Below the pieces are notes generated by a model. The model had not been told where the DNA came from. It searched no databases and was given only the letters and a program-made list of their open reading frames with translations. A stretch of 64,000 nucleotides of DNA, taken from assembly GCA_963633805.1 (NCBI GenBank), contig CAVGZD010000001.1, positions 48,150 to 112,149 on the forward strand, in the 5' to 3' direction. This stretch comes from Lachnospiraceae bacterium (lineage in GTDB: Bacteria; Bacillota; Clostridia; Lachnospirales; Anaerotignaceae). A program made the position numbers and the translations under genes. This document shows, one piece after another, positions 8,887 through 19,375 of the stretch. Every line of letters starts with the position of its first letter. The first letter of the stretch is position 1.

Positions 8887-10968
8887 GTGGCAAACAGAGC
8901 ATACCCTCTGGAAAGAACCAGAAATATCGGTATCATGGCGCACATCGATGCCGGTAAAACCACTCTGACAGAACGCATTTTGTTCTATACAGGCCGCAAT
9001 TACAAGATCGGCGATACCCACGAAGGTACGGCGACGATGGACTGGATGGAACAGGAACAGGAAAGAGGTATTACGATCACATCCGCTGCCACAACGTGTC
9101 ACTGGAATGATAACAGAATCAACATCATCGATACACCCGGTCACGTTGACTTTACCGTAGAGGTAGAACGTTCTCTGCGTGTACTGGACGGCGCTGTTTG
9201 CGTATTGGATGCAAAGGGTGGCGTAGAGCCCCAGACAGAGACTGTTTGGAGACAGGCGGACAACTACAATGTACCTCGTATGATTTTCGTAAACAAAATG
9301 GATATCATGGGCGCAGACTTCTTCGGCTCCATGAAGTCCATCGTAGACAGACTGGGCTGCAACCCTGTAGCAGTAACGCTGCCCATCGGCGCAGAAAGCG
9401 ACTTCAAGGGCATCATCGACCTGATGAAGATGAAGGCGTACTACTATGAAAACGCAACCGGTACAGAGGTTGACGAGGAAGACATCCCCGCTGATTACAA
9501 GGATCAGGCGGATGAATACAGAGCGATCATGGTAGAAAAGATCGCAGAAACAGACGAAGAGCTGATGGAAAAATTCTTCGCTGAGGAAGAAATTTCCGAG
9601 GAAGAGCTGAAGACAGCTCTGCGTAAGGCTTGCATCAGATGCGAACTGATGCCCGTACTGTGCGGTTCCGCTTACAGAAACAAGGGCGTTCAGAAGTTGC
9701 TGGACGGCGTTGTGGAATATATGCCCGCGCCTACAGATATCCCCGCAATCAAGGGCGTTGACCCCGCAACAGGCGAGGAAATCGAAAGACATGCTTCCGA
9801 TGAAGAGCCTTTCTCCGCACTGGTATTCAAGGTAATGAATGACCCCTTCGTAGGGAAGCTGGCATTCTTCCGCGTGTACTCCGGTACGCTGGATTCCGGC
9901 ACATATGTTCATAACTCCACAAAGGATAAGAAGGAACGTGTTGGTCGTATCCTGCAGATGCATGCAAACCACAGAGAAGAGATCGATAAGGTTTACTCCG
10001 GCGATATCGCAGCGGCAGTAGGCTTCAAGATTTCCACAACAGGTGATACAATCTGTAATGAGGATCACGAGGTTGTTCTGGAATCCATGGTATTCCCTGA
10101 ACCCGTAATCTCTGTTGCGATTGAGCCTAAGACAAAGGCAGGCCGTGACAAGATGGGTATCGCGCTGGCGAAGCTGGCAGAGGAAGACCCCACCTTCAAG
10201 ACCTATACAGATGCTGAAACAGGTGACACTATCATCTCCGGTATGGGTGAGCTGCATCTGGAGATCATCGTTGACCGTCTGCTGAGAGAATTCAAGGTAG
10301 AGGCAAACGTTGGCGCACCTCAGGTAGCTTACAAAGAGACATTCCGTAAGGAAGTTGACGTGGAAGGTAAGTTCGTACGTCAGTCCGGTGGTCGTGGTCA
10401 GTATGGTCATTGTAAAGTACGTTTCTACCCTATCCCTACGGATGCGGAGAACAACTACGAATTTGTCAATGCAACAGTCGGCGGTTCTATTCCTAAGGAA
10501 TATATCCCCGCTATCGATAAAGGTATCCAGCAGGCAATGCAGAGCGGTATTCTGGGCGGCTATCCCGTACTGGGCGTAAAGGCTGAGGTTTACGATGGTT
10601 CCTACCATGACGTTGACTCCTCCGAGTCCGCTTACCAGATCGCAGGTTCCATGGCTTTCAAGGAAGCAATGAGAAAGGGCGACGCGGTTCTGCTTGAGCC
10701 TATCATGAAGGTAACTGTAACCGTGCCTGAGGACTACATGGGCGATGTTATCGGCGATATCAACTCCCGCCGTGGTCGTATCGAAGGTATGGAAGCAAGA
10801 AGCAATGCACAGGTAATTCATTCCTTCGTGCCTCTGGCTGAAATGTTCGGCTACTCCACAGACCTGCGTTCCAAGACACAGGGTCGCGGAAACTATGTAA
10901 TGGAAGTTGACCATTACGAGCCTTGCCCGAAGTCCGTTCAGGAGAAGGTTCTGGAGGGCAGAAAGTAA
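8887..10968 (+). CDS. fusA: Elongation factor G
   Basis: [45 protein letters not shown]. Confidence 0.99.
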   Translation: MANRAYPLERTRNIGIMAHIDAGKTTLTERILFYTGRNYKIGDTHEGTATMDWMEQEQERGITITSAATTCHWNDNRINIIDTPGHVDFTVEVERSLRVLDGAVCVLDAKGGVEPQTETVWRQADNYNVPRMIFVNKMDIMGADFFGSMKSIVDRLGCNPVAVTLPIGAESDFKGIIDLMKMKAYYYENATGTEVDEEDIPADYKDQADEYRAIMVEKIAETDEELMEKFFAEEEISEEELKTALRKACIRCELMPVLCGSAYRNKGVQKLLDGVVEYMPAPTDIPAIKGVDPATGEEIERHASDEEPFSALVFKVMNDPFVGKLAFFRVYSGTLDSGTYVHNSTKDKKERVGRILQMHANHREEIDKVYSGDIAAAVGFKISTTGDTICNEDHEVVLESMVFPEPVISVAIEPKTKAGRDKMGIALAKLAEEDPTFKTYTDAETGDTIISGMGELHLEIIVDRLLREFKVEANVGAPQVAYKETFRKEVDVEGKFVRQSGGRGQYGHCKVRFYPIPTDAENNYEFVNATVGGSIPKEYIPAIDKGIQQAMQSGILGGYPVLGVKAEVYDGSYHDVDSSESAYQIAGSMAFKEAMRKGDAVLLEPIMKVTVTVPEDYMGDVIGDINSRRGRIEGMEARSNAQVIHSFVPLAEMFGYSTDLRSKTQGRGNYVMEVDHYEPCPKSVQEKVLEGRK

Positions 10969-11038
10969 TTTTTGTCCCCGATAGGGAGACTGGAATGGAA
11001 AAATGCTAAAAATGCTGTATATAAATGGATTTTTGGTA

Positions 11039-11067
11039 TTGCAAAAAGGGCGGAAGTCTAATATAAT
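11039..11067 (+). promoter_or_regulatory. Internal SigA promoter for tuf
   Basis: TTGCAA-17 bp-TATAAT in the fusA-tuf gap. Confidence 0.7.
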
Positions 11068-11154
11068 GAGAACTGATGGATACATCGCGTTTTCAGATGT
11101 ACCAAAGCCCATATAAAGGAAAACTCACAATTTTTACAAGGAGGATATTTGAAA

Positions 11155-12348
11155 ATGGCAAAGGCAAAATTTGAAAGAACCAAACCTCATATGAATATCG
11201 GTACGATCGGTCACGTTGACCACGGCAAAACAACTCTGACAGCAGCGATCACAAAGACACTGCATGACAGATACAACATTGGTGAGGCTGTTGCTTTCGA
11301 AAACATCGACAAGGCTCCCGAAGAAAGAGAACGTGGTATCACAATTTCTACAGCTCACGTTGAGTATGAAACACCCGCTAGACACTATGCACACGTTGAC
11401 TGCCCGGGTCACGCTGACTATGTTAAAAACATGATCACAGGTGCTGCTCAGATGGACGGTGCTATCCTGGTAGTAGCTGCAACAGACGGTCCTATGGCTC
11501 AGACAAGAGAGCACATCCTGCTGTCCAGACAGGTAGGCGTTCCCTACGTTGTAGTTTTCATGAACAAGTGCGACATGGTTGAAGACGAAGAACTGCTGGA
11601 TCTGGTTGAAATGGAGATCAGAGAACTGCTGAACGAGTATGAATTCCCCGGCGATGACACACCCATCATCCGTGGTTCCGCTTTCCAGGCTCTGCAGGAT
11701 CCCGCTGGTCCTTGGGGCGACAAGATTCTGGAACTGTTCGATGCAATCGAAGAGTATATCCCTACACCTGAACGTGCAACAGACAAGCCTTTCCTGATGC
11801 CCGTAGAGGACGTTTTCTCTATCACAGGTCGTGGTACAGTAGCTACAGGTAGAGTAGAATCCGGCGTAGTTAAGGTACAGGATGAAGTTGAAATCGTTGG
11901 TCTGACAGACGAAATCAGAAAAGTAGTTGTAACAGGCGTTGAGATGTTCCGTAAGCTGCTGGATCAGGCTGAAGCTGGTGACAACATCGGTGTTCTGCTG
12001 AGAGGCGTACAGAGAAACGAAATCGAAAGAGGTCAGGTTCTGGCTAAACCCGGTTCCATCACACCTCATACAAAATTCAAAGCTCAGGTTTACGTTCTGT
12101 CCAAAGAAGAGGGTGGTCGTCATACACCTTTCTTCAACAACTACAGACCTCAGTTCTACTTCAGAACAACAGACGTTACAGGCGTTATCAGCCTGCCCGA
12201 AGGTACAGAAATGTGCATGCCCGGCGACAACGTTGAAATGACAATCGAACTGATCACACCCGTAGCTATGAGCCAGGGTCTGCGTTTTGCTATCCGTGAA
12301 GGCGGCAGAACAGTAGGCGCAGGTTCCGTAGTAGAAGTTATCGAGTAA
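11155..12348 (+). CDS. tuf: Elongation factor Tu
   Basis: [41 protein letters not shown]. Confidence 0.99.
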   Translation: MAKAKFERTKPHMNIGTIGHVDHGKTTLTAAITKTLHDRYNIGEAVAFENIDKAPEERERGITISTAHVEYETPARHYAHVDCPGHADYVKNMITGAAQMDGAILVVAATDGPMAQTREHILLSRQVGVPYVVVFMNKCDMVEDEELLDLVEMEIRELLNEYEFPGDDTPIIRGSAFQALQDPAGPWGDKILELFDAIEEYIPTPERATDKPFLMPVEDVFSITGRGTVATGRVESGVVKVQDEVEIVGLTDEIRKVVVTGVEMFRKLLDQAEAGDNIGVLLRGVQRNEIERGQVLAKPGSITPHTKFKAQVYVLSKEEGGRHTPFFNNYRPQFYFRTTDVTGVISLPEGTEMCMPGDNVEMTIELITPVAMSQGLRFAIREGGRTVGAGSVVEVIE

Positions 12349-12373
12349 TTCGAGCTTAAAACGGACAAATTTG

Positions 12374-12401
12374 AAAGGAGTGTCAAAAGACACTCCTTTT
12401 T
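12374..12401 (+). terminator. Terminator after tuf
   Basis: AAAGGAGTGTC-AAAA-GACACTCCTTTTT perfect hairpin. Confidence 0.9.
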
Positions 12402-12407
12402 GTGTAC

Positions 12408-12490
12408 AAAACAGATGTTTTCGTTAAAAACGCCGCAAACCCTTGTTTTGCAGGGATTTACGGCGTTTCGATGCTTTCTTATCTAGGCGC
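12408..12490 (-). repeat. Copy of the intergenic palindromic repeat family
   Basis: Minus strand GCGCCTAGATAAGAAAGCATCGAAACGCCGTAAATCCCTGCAAAACAAGGG...CGAAAACATCTGTTTT aligns with 23951-24032. Confidence 0.75.
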
Positions 12491-12536
12491 AGCTTATAAG
12501 GACGATCTTTTTTGTTCGTTATGCGAAAGCAGAAGA

Positions 12537-13166
12537 TTACTGTGTTTGCAGAATTTCCACAATATTTTGAATTACCTGCGCGGTAAAGCCCCAGATGATA
12601 CGTCCGTCATATTCATAGAAAAGCTGGGTCGTTTTGCCTTTGCTGAAGGGGTAATTCTTGCCGCCTTCGATTTTTTCGTAGGGGAAGTCCTCTGATTCTG
12701 CGACCTGCCAGACGGTGTCGTGCTTTTCCGGTTCAGTTTCCATAAAATAGCGCAGGGGAACGGTGAAAATTTCAGCGACCTCCAGTGTATTGGGGCGTAT
12801 TTTTCGATAAACTTCGGATGAAATATATCCGACAAAGGGCTGGATTATGCCGCGATAGATGGTCAACATAAAATCGCTTTTGCCAAGCAGCTGAATTTCC
12901 TCGCGGGAGATCCCAAGTTCCTCCTCGGTTTCGCGTAGGGCAGTTTCTTTCAGGGATTCGCCCTTTTCCTGATGCCCGCCGGGAAAGCAAATATCACCAG
13001 GCTGATTGACGCCAGCCGCCCGCTTATTCAAAACAAGATGCAATTCGCCATCAATTTCCGTCAGCAGAGCCAAAACGGCGAAATAACGCAGTTTCCAGAT
13101 GGGCTTTGCCTCATGCGTGGCAAAGATTGCGCGGACTTTATTCAAATCTTTGTGCATTTTGTTCAA
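12537..13166 (-). CDS. Nudix hydrolase, CoA pyrophosphatase-like
   Basis: Nudix box GG..E.GE....TALRETEEELG, QPGDICFPGG, IWGFTA; start overlaps the recombinase stop. Confidence 0.9.
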   Translation of the reverse strand: MNKMHKDLNKVRAIFATHEAKPIWKLRYFAVLALLTEIDGELHLVLNKRAAGVNQPGDICFPGGHQEKGESLKETALRETEEELGISREEIQLLGKSDFMLTIYRGIIQPFVGYISSEVYRKIRPNTLEVAEIFTVPLRYFMETEPEKHDTVWQVAESEDFPYEKIEGGKNYPFSKGKTTQLFYEYDGRIIWGFTAQVIQNIVEILQTQ

Positions 13167-14224
13167 TCCTTCCTTAGTTTGATATGGGTTGCTGCCATGC
13201 GGCGGCGGCTGTCCTCAATTTCTGCGTAATGCTTCCGCGTGGTGTTGACATCGGCGTGTCCCAGAACGTCAGCGACCAAATAAATATCCCCCGTTTCCTG
13301 ATACAAATTCGTGCCGAAGGTGCTCCTGAGCTTATGGGGAGTGATTTTTTTGAGGGTAACGCCGTTCGCATACTTTTTCACCATCTTTTGAACAGTACGA
13401 ACGTTCATTCTTCGTCCCTGGGAGGAAAGAAATAGTGCGTTCTCATTTTCCTCCTTGGGGATCATTTCCAAGCGTTCCTCCAGATAATCCTCCAGAGACT
13501 CGCGCACCTCATCGCCAAAATAGAGGAAAACCTCATTACCGCCCTTGCGCGTGACTTTTACGGCATTATTTTTGAAATCCAGATCCTTGATGTCGATGCC
13601 GATGCATTCTGAAACACGCATTCCCGTGCCGAGCAGGAGCGTCATCAGGGCGAGATCGCGTTTTTTGTTGCGTTCGTGATAGGGTTTTTCACGATCCGTC
13701 AGCTTTGCGCCGCTTTCGACTGCATCCAATAAATCGGCAGTTTCGTTTACATCCAAACGAATGATCGCCTTTTCGTGGATTTTCGGCGTATCCACCAGAG
13801 CAGCTGGATCGGCAGAGATGTATTTTTTCTTGTACAGATATTTGAACAGCATCCGCACCGCCGCCAGCTTGCGCGATTTCCCTTTTTCATCATTATGCAT
13901 TTCCTTGCCGCATTCTGGATGTTTACGATCTGTGCGGATGTAGTAGGAAAGATATTCCAAAAAGTTGTCGATATCCTCAGAGGAAACCTGATTGAGATGC
14001 TCCGCGGTCAGATTTTTTGCATCAATGCCGCCCAGCGAACCGTGTTCCTCATAGAGATAATGGAAAAAAACCCGCAGGTCATAGGCATATGCCAGCCGTG
14101 TTTTGGGTGAGGTCGTCTGAGCGATGCCGCTGAAAAAGGCGCGCGTGAAGGGGGGCAGCTCCCTCTGCAATTCGCGCAGCCGCTGCGTTTCCTTATTTTT
14201 TAATTCTTCATGGTATGTGGACAT
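13163..14224 (-). CDS. Tyrosine recombinase, XerC/XerD-like (chromosomal)
   Basis: Catalytic residues TGMRVSE (R), RKG (K), HKLR, LGH, TT..HY; N-terminal SAM-like core-binding region. Confidence 0.93.
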   Translation of the reverse strand: MSTYHEELKNKETQRLRELQRELPPFTRAFFSGIAQTTSPKTRLAYAYDLRVFFHYLYEEHGSLGGIDAKNLTAEHLNQVSSEDIDNFLEYLSYYIRTDRKHPECGKEMHNDEKGKSRKLAAVRMLFKYLYKKKYISADPAALVDTPKIHEKAIIRLDVNETADLLDAVESGAKLTDREKPYHERNKKRDLALMTLLLGTGMRVSECIGIDIKDLDFKNNAVKVTRKGGNEVFLYFGDEVRESLEDYLEERLEMIPKEENENALFLSSQGRRMNVRTVQKMVKKYANGVTLKKITPHKLRSTFGTNLYQETGDIYLVADVLGHADVNTTRKHYAEIEDSRRRMAATHIKLRKD

Positions 14225-14949
14225 GATTCTTCCTCCTGATGCCAGCCCTTGAGGGCGGAACGCTTGATCGCGCCAAAAACCTTCTCCTGCAAATGGTCAT
14301 AACGACCGGAAAGCTCGGCAAGCAGCTCCTTCGTCTCCTGACGCTTGGTATTCCCATCGGCAAGGCAGGGATTCTTCACGATATGCAAATCACTTCTGGC
14401 AACAAAATCCCTGCAATCGTCCTCCGGAACATACATCAGCGGACGGATGGAATAAATTTTTTTGCGATCCAGAAAGCTGACGGGCGCGAAGCAGTTCAGT
14501 CGACCTTCGTAAAAGAGGGACATGAAAAACGTCTCCACAACATCGTCCTTATTATGACCCAGAGCGACCTTATTGCAGCCCAATTTTTCCGCCATATCAT
14601 TCAGCGCACCCTTGCGCATTTTGGCGCAGAGCGAGCAGGGATTTTTTTCCTTGCGTTCCTCGAAAATGATCTTGCCGATGTCCGTTTCGACAACAGTATA
14701 ATGCACGCCGATGGAATCGCAGAGCGCCTGAATATCATCATACTTCGCGCCGGGCAGACCCAGCGAAACGGTGATCGCCTCGATCTCAAAATGCTTGGGA
14801 TAAAAACGCTGCAAATGCTTGAGCGCAATCAGCAGGCAAATGCTGTCCTTTCCGCCGGAAACGCCGATGGCGATGCGGTCGCCCTCATCGATCATATGGT
14901 AATCATCCACGGCGCGGCGAACGTAGCTAAGTAATCTTTGTAGCTTCAT
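14200..14949 (-). CDS. ttcA: tRNA 2-thiocytidine biosynthesis protein TtcA family
   Basis: PP-loop SGGKDS, CSLC..MRKG.L, LGH.KDD, IRPL; start set at ATG 14949 behind AGGAG. Confidence 0.92.
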   Translation of the reverse strand: MKLQRLLSYVRRAVDDYHMIDEGDRIAIGVSGGKDSICLLIALKHLQRFYPKHFEIEAITVSLGLPGAKYDDIQALCDSIGVHYTVVETDIGKIIFEERKEKNPCSLCAKMRKGALNDMAEKLGCNKVALGHNKDDVVETFFMSLFYEGRLNCFAPVSFLDRKKIYSIRPLMYVPEDDCRDFVARSDLHIVKNPCLADGNTKRQETKELLAELSGRYDHLQEKVFGAIKRSALKGWHQEEESCPHTMKN

Positions 14950-15110
14950 AGTTTTCTCCTTCATCTGTAAAATAGTACCCAGCACTAATTATACCTAAAT
15001 TGTAGGAAAAAGGGAAGGGATTCTTTCTGCGAAAATGGGATATACTTCCGAGGATGGATGCCCGTTATGACAGGCATAAGAGAAAATCAGAGCATACTCC
15101 AAAAACCATC

Positions 15111-15139
15111 TTGAAAATATACATTGGAGACAGTATAAT
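15111..15139 (+). promoter_or_regulatory. SigA promoter for the rel operon
   Basis: TTGAAA-17 bp-TATAAT. Confidence 0.65.
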
Positions 15140-15198
15140 ATTTTTTATAAACTTTTTTCGACATACGGAAGGGTAATTTTACGCAGTAGAAGGGGGCG

Positions 15199-17445
15199 AT
15201 GGATATGGGAGTGGAAGAACAACTGTATCAGGAGTTGATCGCAAAAATAAAAACCTATCATCCATCTGATGACTTTTCCATGATCGATCAGGCGTATCAT
15301 CTGGCGGTGAATGCGCATAAGGATCAAAAAAGAAAATCCGGCGAGCCGTATATTATACATCCGCTGAAGGTGGCGTATATTCTGGCGGAGCTGGAGCTGG
15401 ATATGGAATCTATCACGGCGGGCATTCTGCATGATGTGATCGAGGATACGGAATATACCTATGAGGATATTTGCCGACTTTTCGGCGAGGAGATCGCGCT
15501 TTTGGTGGATGGCGTAACCAAGCTGGGCAAGCTTTCTTATTCCACGAAGGAGGAGGCGCAGGCGGAAAATTACCGCAAAATGTTCCTGGCGATGGCGAAG
15601 GACATTCGCGTTATTTTGATTAAGCTGGCGGACAGACTGCATAATATGCGGACGCTGAATTACATGAAGCCTGAAAAACAGCGGGAAAAGGCGCAGGAAA
15701 CGCTGGATATTTATGCGCCGCTTGCGCACAGGCTGGGTATTTCTAAGATCCGCACGGAGATGGAGGATTTGTGCTTCAAATATCTGAATCCGGATGCCTA
15801 TTTCGATCTGGCGGCGAAAATTCAGAAGAAAAAGGAGGAACGCGACGCCTTCGTGCAGGGGATCGTGCAGGAGCTGCAGCAGAAAATGGTAGAAACCGGC
15901 ATTGAGGGCAAGGTCTACGGCAGAACGAAGCACTTTTTCAGCATTTACAAAAAAATGGTCAACCAAAACAAGACCTTGGATCAGATTTACGACCTCTTTG
16001 CCATCCGCGCGATTGTGGATAACGTAAAGGATTGCTATGGTGTGCTGGGATTGGTGCATACAATGTACACGCCGATGCCGGGGCGTTTCAAGGATTATAT
16101 CGCCATGCCGAAGCCGAATCTGTATCAATCGCTGCATAACACGCTGATCGGTCCGCATGGGCAGGTCTTCGAGGTGCAGATTCGGACCTGGGAGATGCAC
16201 CGCACCAGCGAATACGGTATCGCGGCGCACTGGAAATATAAGGAAGGCAAGGCGAACGATAAGGGGACGAAGGCAAGCAAGCGAGAGGAAGAAAAGCTGG
16301 CTTGGCTGCGCCAGATCATGGAATGGCAGCATGATGTGGTGGATAACAAAGAATATCTGGAAACGCTGAAGCAGGATTTCAATATTTTTTCCACGCAGGT
16401 CTATGCCTTTACGCCGCAGGGCGACGTGATCCAGCTGACGAAGGATTCTACGCCCATCGATTTTGCCTATATGATCCATTCCGCGGTCGGCAACAAAATG
16501 GTCGGTGCGCGGGTCAATAACCGCATCGTTCCGCTGGAATATAAGGTGCAGAACGGCGATATTGTGGAGATCATCACCTCGCAAAATTCCAAGGGACCGA
16601 ATCGGGATTGGCTGAATGTCGTCAAATCTGCGCAGGCGCGAACCAAAATCAAGCAATGGTTCAAGCGGGAGGAAAAGGAGGAGAATATCGTCCGCGGCAG
16701 GGAAATGATTCTGGCTGACATCCGGAAGAAGGGCTTTCAGCCGAGCGATCTGCTGCGCCCGGAATGGGAAGAGATCGTTATCCTCAAATATGATTTCAAG
16801 ACATGGGACGCGCTTCTGGCTGCCATCGGCTACGGCGGCATGAAGGAGGGGCAGGTCGTCAATCGCCTGCGGGACGAATATCTCAAGGAAAAGCGGAAAA
16901 CGCAGACGGCAGAGGATGCGCTGAAGGATTTTGAAAAAACCATCGACCAGAAGCCGATCAAGCAGCAAAAGAGCAAGAGCGGCATTATGGTAAAGGGGAT
17001 CGGCGATGTTGCGGTACGTTTTTCAAAATGCTGCAGCCCTGTGCCGGGGGATGAGATCATCGGCTTCGTGACGCGCGGGCGCGGCGTGACGATCCATCGG
17101 ACGGACTGCGTGAACGTGATCAATCTTTCCGATGAGGAACGCGGGCGATTGATTGAAGCGGAATGGGATGCGCAGTACGCGAAGGGCGATGCGAACGCCT
17201 CCTATCTGGCGGAGGTGCGCGTGACGGCGAACGACCGTGTGGGGCTGATCCTGGAGATCAGCCGCTTTTTGGCGGATGATGATATTTCCGTCAAGGGGCT
17301 GAATGTGCGCACGACGAAGGATATGCTGGCGATTTTCAATATTACGATTGAAATTAAGACGAAGGAACAGCTGGAGCGCGTCGTAAAGCGATTGCAGTCC
17401 CTGAAGGACGTTGTGAGCGTGGAGCGCGTTTCCGGGCTGGGTTAA
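15199..17445 (+). CDS. rel: Bifunctional (p)ppGpp synthetase/hydrolase (long RSH)
   Basis: RKSGEPYIIHP, LHDVIED, KLADRLHNMRT, RFKDYI, YQSLH, TGS, CC and ACT domains. Confidence 0.98.
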   Translation: MDMGVEEQLYQELIAKIKTYHPSDDFSMIDQAYHLAVNAHKDQKRKSGEPYIIHPLKVAYILAELELDMESITAGILHDVIEDTEYTYEDICRLFGEEIALLVDGVTKLGKLSYSTKEEAQAENYRKMFLAMAKDIRVILIKLADRLHNMRTLNYMKPEKQREKAQETLDIYAPLAHRLGISKIRTEMEDLCFKYLNPDAYFDLAAKIQKKKEERDAFVQGIVQELQQKMVETGIEGKVYGRTKHFFSIYKKMVNQNKTLDQIYDLFAIRAIVDNVKDCYGVLGLVHTMYTPMPGRFKDYIAMPKPNLYQSLHNTLIGPHGQVFEVQIRTWEMHRTSEYGIAAHWKYKEGKANDKGTKASKREEEKLAWLRQIMEWQHDVVDNKEYLETLKQDFNIFSTQVYAFTPQGDVIQLTKDSTPIDFAYMIHSAVGNKMVGARVNNRIVPLEYKVQNGDIVEIITSQNSKGPNRDWLNVVKSAQARTKIKQWFKREEKEENIVRGREMILADIRKKGFQPSDLLRPEWEEIVILKYDFKTWDALLAAIGYGGMKEGQVVNRLRDEYLKEKRKTQTAEDALKDFEKTIDQKPIKQQKSKSGIMVKGIGDVAVRFSKCCSPVPGDEIIGFVTRGRGVTIHRTDCVNVINLSDEERGRLIEAEWDAQYAKGDANASYLAEVRVTANDRVGLILEISRFLADDDISVKGLNVRTTKDMLAIFNITIEIKTKEQLERVVKRLQSLKDVVSVERVSGLG

Positions 17446-17459
17446 AATAGGAGGACGAG

Positions 17460-17912
17460 ATGAGAGCAGTATTGCAAAGAGTGACAGAAGCAAGCGTGAC
17501 GATTGATGGTCAGGTGGTCGGCGAGATCGGCAAGGGGATCATGGTGCTGTTTGGCATGCTGGGGACGGATACGGACAAAACCATTGATTATATGCTGGAT
17601 AAGGTCATCAATCTGCGCATTTTTGAGGATGAAAACGGCAAGATGAACCTCTCCCTGATGGATATTGCGGGGGAGCTGCTGATCGTGCCGAACTTCACGC
17701 TTTATGGCGATGCGAGAAAGGGCAGACGTCCCGGCTACAGCGGCGGTGCAGCGCCGGAGATCGCGAGCGAGCTTTTCGACAAGCTCTGTCAGAAGGCGCA
17801 GACGCTTGGCATCAAGAAGGTTGCGCAGGGGCAATTTCAGGCAGATATGAAGGTCGCGCTCATCAATGACGGTCCTGTGACGCTGCTTTTGGACAGCGAA
17901 AAGCTGTTTTGA
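17460..17912 (+). CDS. dtd: D-aminoacyl-tRNA deacylase
   Basis: MRAVLQRV, NLRIFEDENGKMN, NFTL, G.F.A.M.V...NDGPVT. Confidence 0.97.
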   Translation: MRAVLQRVTEASVTIDGQVVGEIGKGIMVLFGMLGTDTDKTIDYMLDKVINLRIFEDENGKMNLSLMDIAGELLIVPNFTLYGDARKGRRPGYSGGAAPEIASELFDKLCQKAQTLGIKKVAQGQFQADMKVALINDGPVTLLLDSEKLF

Positions 17913-19375
17913 TGGGCATGGATACAGTATATTATGTGCTGGACGGGCACGCGCTGCAAAATGACGTACAGACCATGATTCAGGTCTTTCTGCCGAACAG
18001 CCGCTATCAGCAGACGGAGACGGTGACGGACGGCGAGATCACGATCCGGAGCAAAATGGGGGATGGCATTGCGGCGGTGCTATATCGCCGCGGGGAGAGG
18101 ATTGCCGCGTGGTCGATGCCTTATGCTGCGGCAGGTCTGACGGAAAAGAAGCAAAAACGGCTCATCAAGCTGACGATCTACGCGCTTTTATCGCAGGAGA
18201 CGGGCATTCGTCCGCAATGGGGACTCCTGACGGGCGTGCGCCCCGCAAAGCTGGTCAGCGCGATGCTGGAAGAAGGCAAAAGCGAGGCTGATTGCATGGC
18301 GTATCTCACGGAGGACTACCTTGTTATGCGGCATAAGGCGCAGCTGGCATACAAGGTCGCGCTGGCGGAGCGGCGGATTTTGCAGGGCAATCGCCCGGAG
18401 GAAATTAGCCTGTATATCGGCATTCCGTTTTGTCCGACAAGATGTCTGTATTGCTCCTTCACGGCGTACCCGCTGGGGCAGTATCAAGATCGCGTGGATG
18501 CGTATCTGGATGCGATGTTTCGGGAGATGGATTGGCTGGCGGCATACAGCAGGCGTTTTGTGCTGAAAAATATCTATATCGGCGGCGGCACGCCGACCTC
18601 ACTGAATGAAGCGCAGTTGGAGAGATTATTGCGGAAGGTGGAAGAATTATTTCACCCTGACGACACGATGGAATACACCGTGGAAGCGGGGCGACCAGAC
18701 ACGATCACTGTGGAAAAGTTGCGCCTTCTGAAGCAATACGGCGTGAATCGCATCTCCATCAACCCGCAGACGATGAACGATAAAACGCTGCTGGCGGTTG
18801 GCAGGCGGCATACGGTGGAGGACATTCGCCGCGTATTCCGCGAAGCACGGGCGGCAGGGCATGAAAATATCAATATGGATCTGATCCTCGGTCTGCCGGG
18901 GGAGACTGCCGCAGATGTGTGCCATACGATGGAAGAGATCGAACGGCTGAATCCGGACAACGTGACGGTGCATACGCTGGCGGTCAAGCGGGCGTCCCGC
19001 CTGCGGGAAGAGCTGAGTCAGCACGATTTGACAACGGCGGAGGAATTGGAGGCTATGCTGGATATCGCCGCGGAATATGCCGCAAAAATGGGCATGGAGC
19101 CTTATTATATGTATCGCCAGAAAAACATGGTGGGGAATTTCGAAAACGTCGGCTACTGCCGCCCCGGCAAGGAAGGGGTCTACAACGTCCAGATCATGGA
19201 GGAAAAGCAGACCATACTTGCGGCTGGTGCGGGCGCGAGCACGAAAACGGTCGATCCTGCGACGGAGCGCATCGAGCGGGTGTTCAATGTCAAGAGCATT
19301 GAGGATTATATTGGTCGGATAGAGGAAATGATAGAGCGAAAACGGGCAGGGCTGCCCCAAGGAGGTTCGATATGA
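17912..19375 (+). CDS. hemZ: Radical SAM protein HemZ (coproporphyrinogen dehydrogenase-like)
   Basis: WG.LTGVRP, LYIGIPFCPTRCLYCSF, GGGTPT, EAGRPD, PYYMYRQK; TGATG coupling to dtd. Confidence 0.93.
   Translation: MGMDTVYYVLDGHALQNDVQTMIQVFLPNSRYQQTETVTDGEITIRSKMGDGIAAVLYRRGERIAAWSMPYAAAGLTEKKQKRLIKLTIYALLSQETGIRPQWGLLTGVRPAKLVSAMLEEGKSEADCMAYLTEDYLVMRHKAQLAYKVALAERRILQGNRPEEISLYIGIPFCPTRCLYCSFTAYPLGQYQDRVDAYLDAMFREMDWLAAYSRRFVLKNIYIGGGTPTSLNEAQLERLLRKVEELFHPDDTMEYTVEAGRPDTITVEKLRLLKQYGVNRISINPQTMNDKTLLAVGRRHTVEDIRRVFREARAAGHENINMDLILGLPGETAADVCHTMEEIERLNPDNVTVHTLAVKRASRLREELSQHDLTTAEELEAMLDIAAEYAAKMGMEPYYMYRQKNMVGNFENVGYCRPGKEGVYNVQIMEEKQTILAAGAGASTKTVDPATERIERVFNVKSIEDYIGRIEEMIERKRAGLPQGGSI

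Noticed and set aside
8785..12393. Long antisense ORFs (775 aa and 419 aa) opposite fusA and tuf, and similar shadow ORFs opposite rel, pheT, rqcH and others
   Set aside because: They mirror highly biased coding genes codon for codon, and have no RBS or recognisable motifs; this is an expected by-product of codon bias
13163..14224. Tyrosine recombinase as a prophage/ICE integrase
   Set aside because: Overlaps housekeeping genes on both sides; no excisionase, tRNA target, att repeats or cargo
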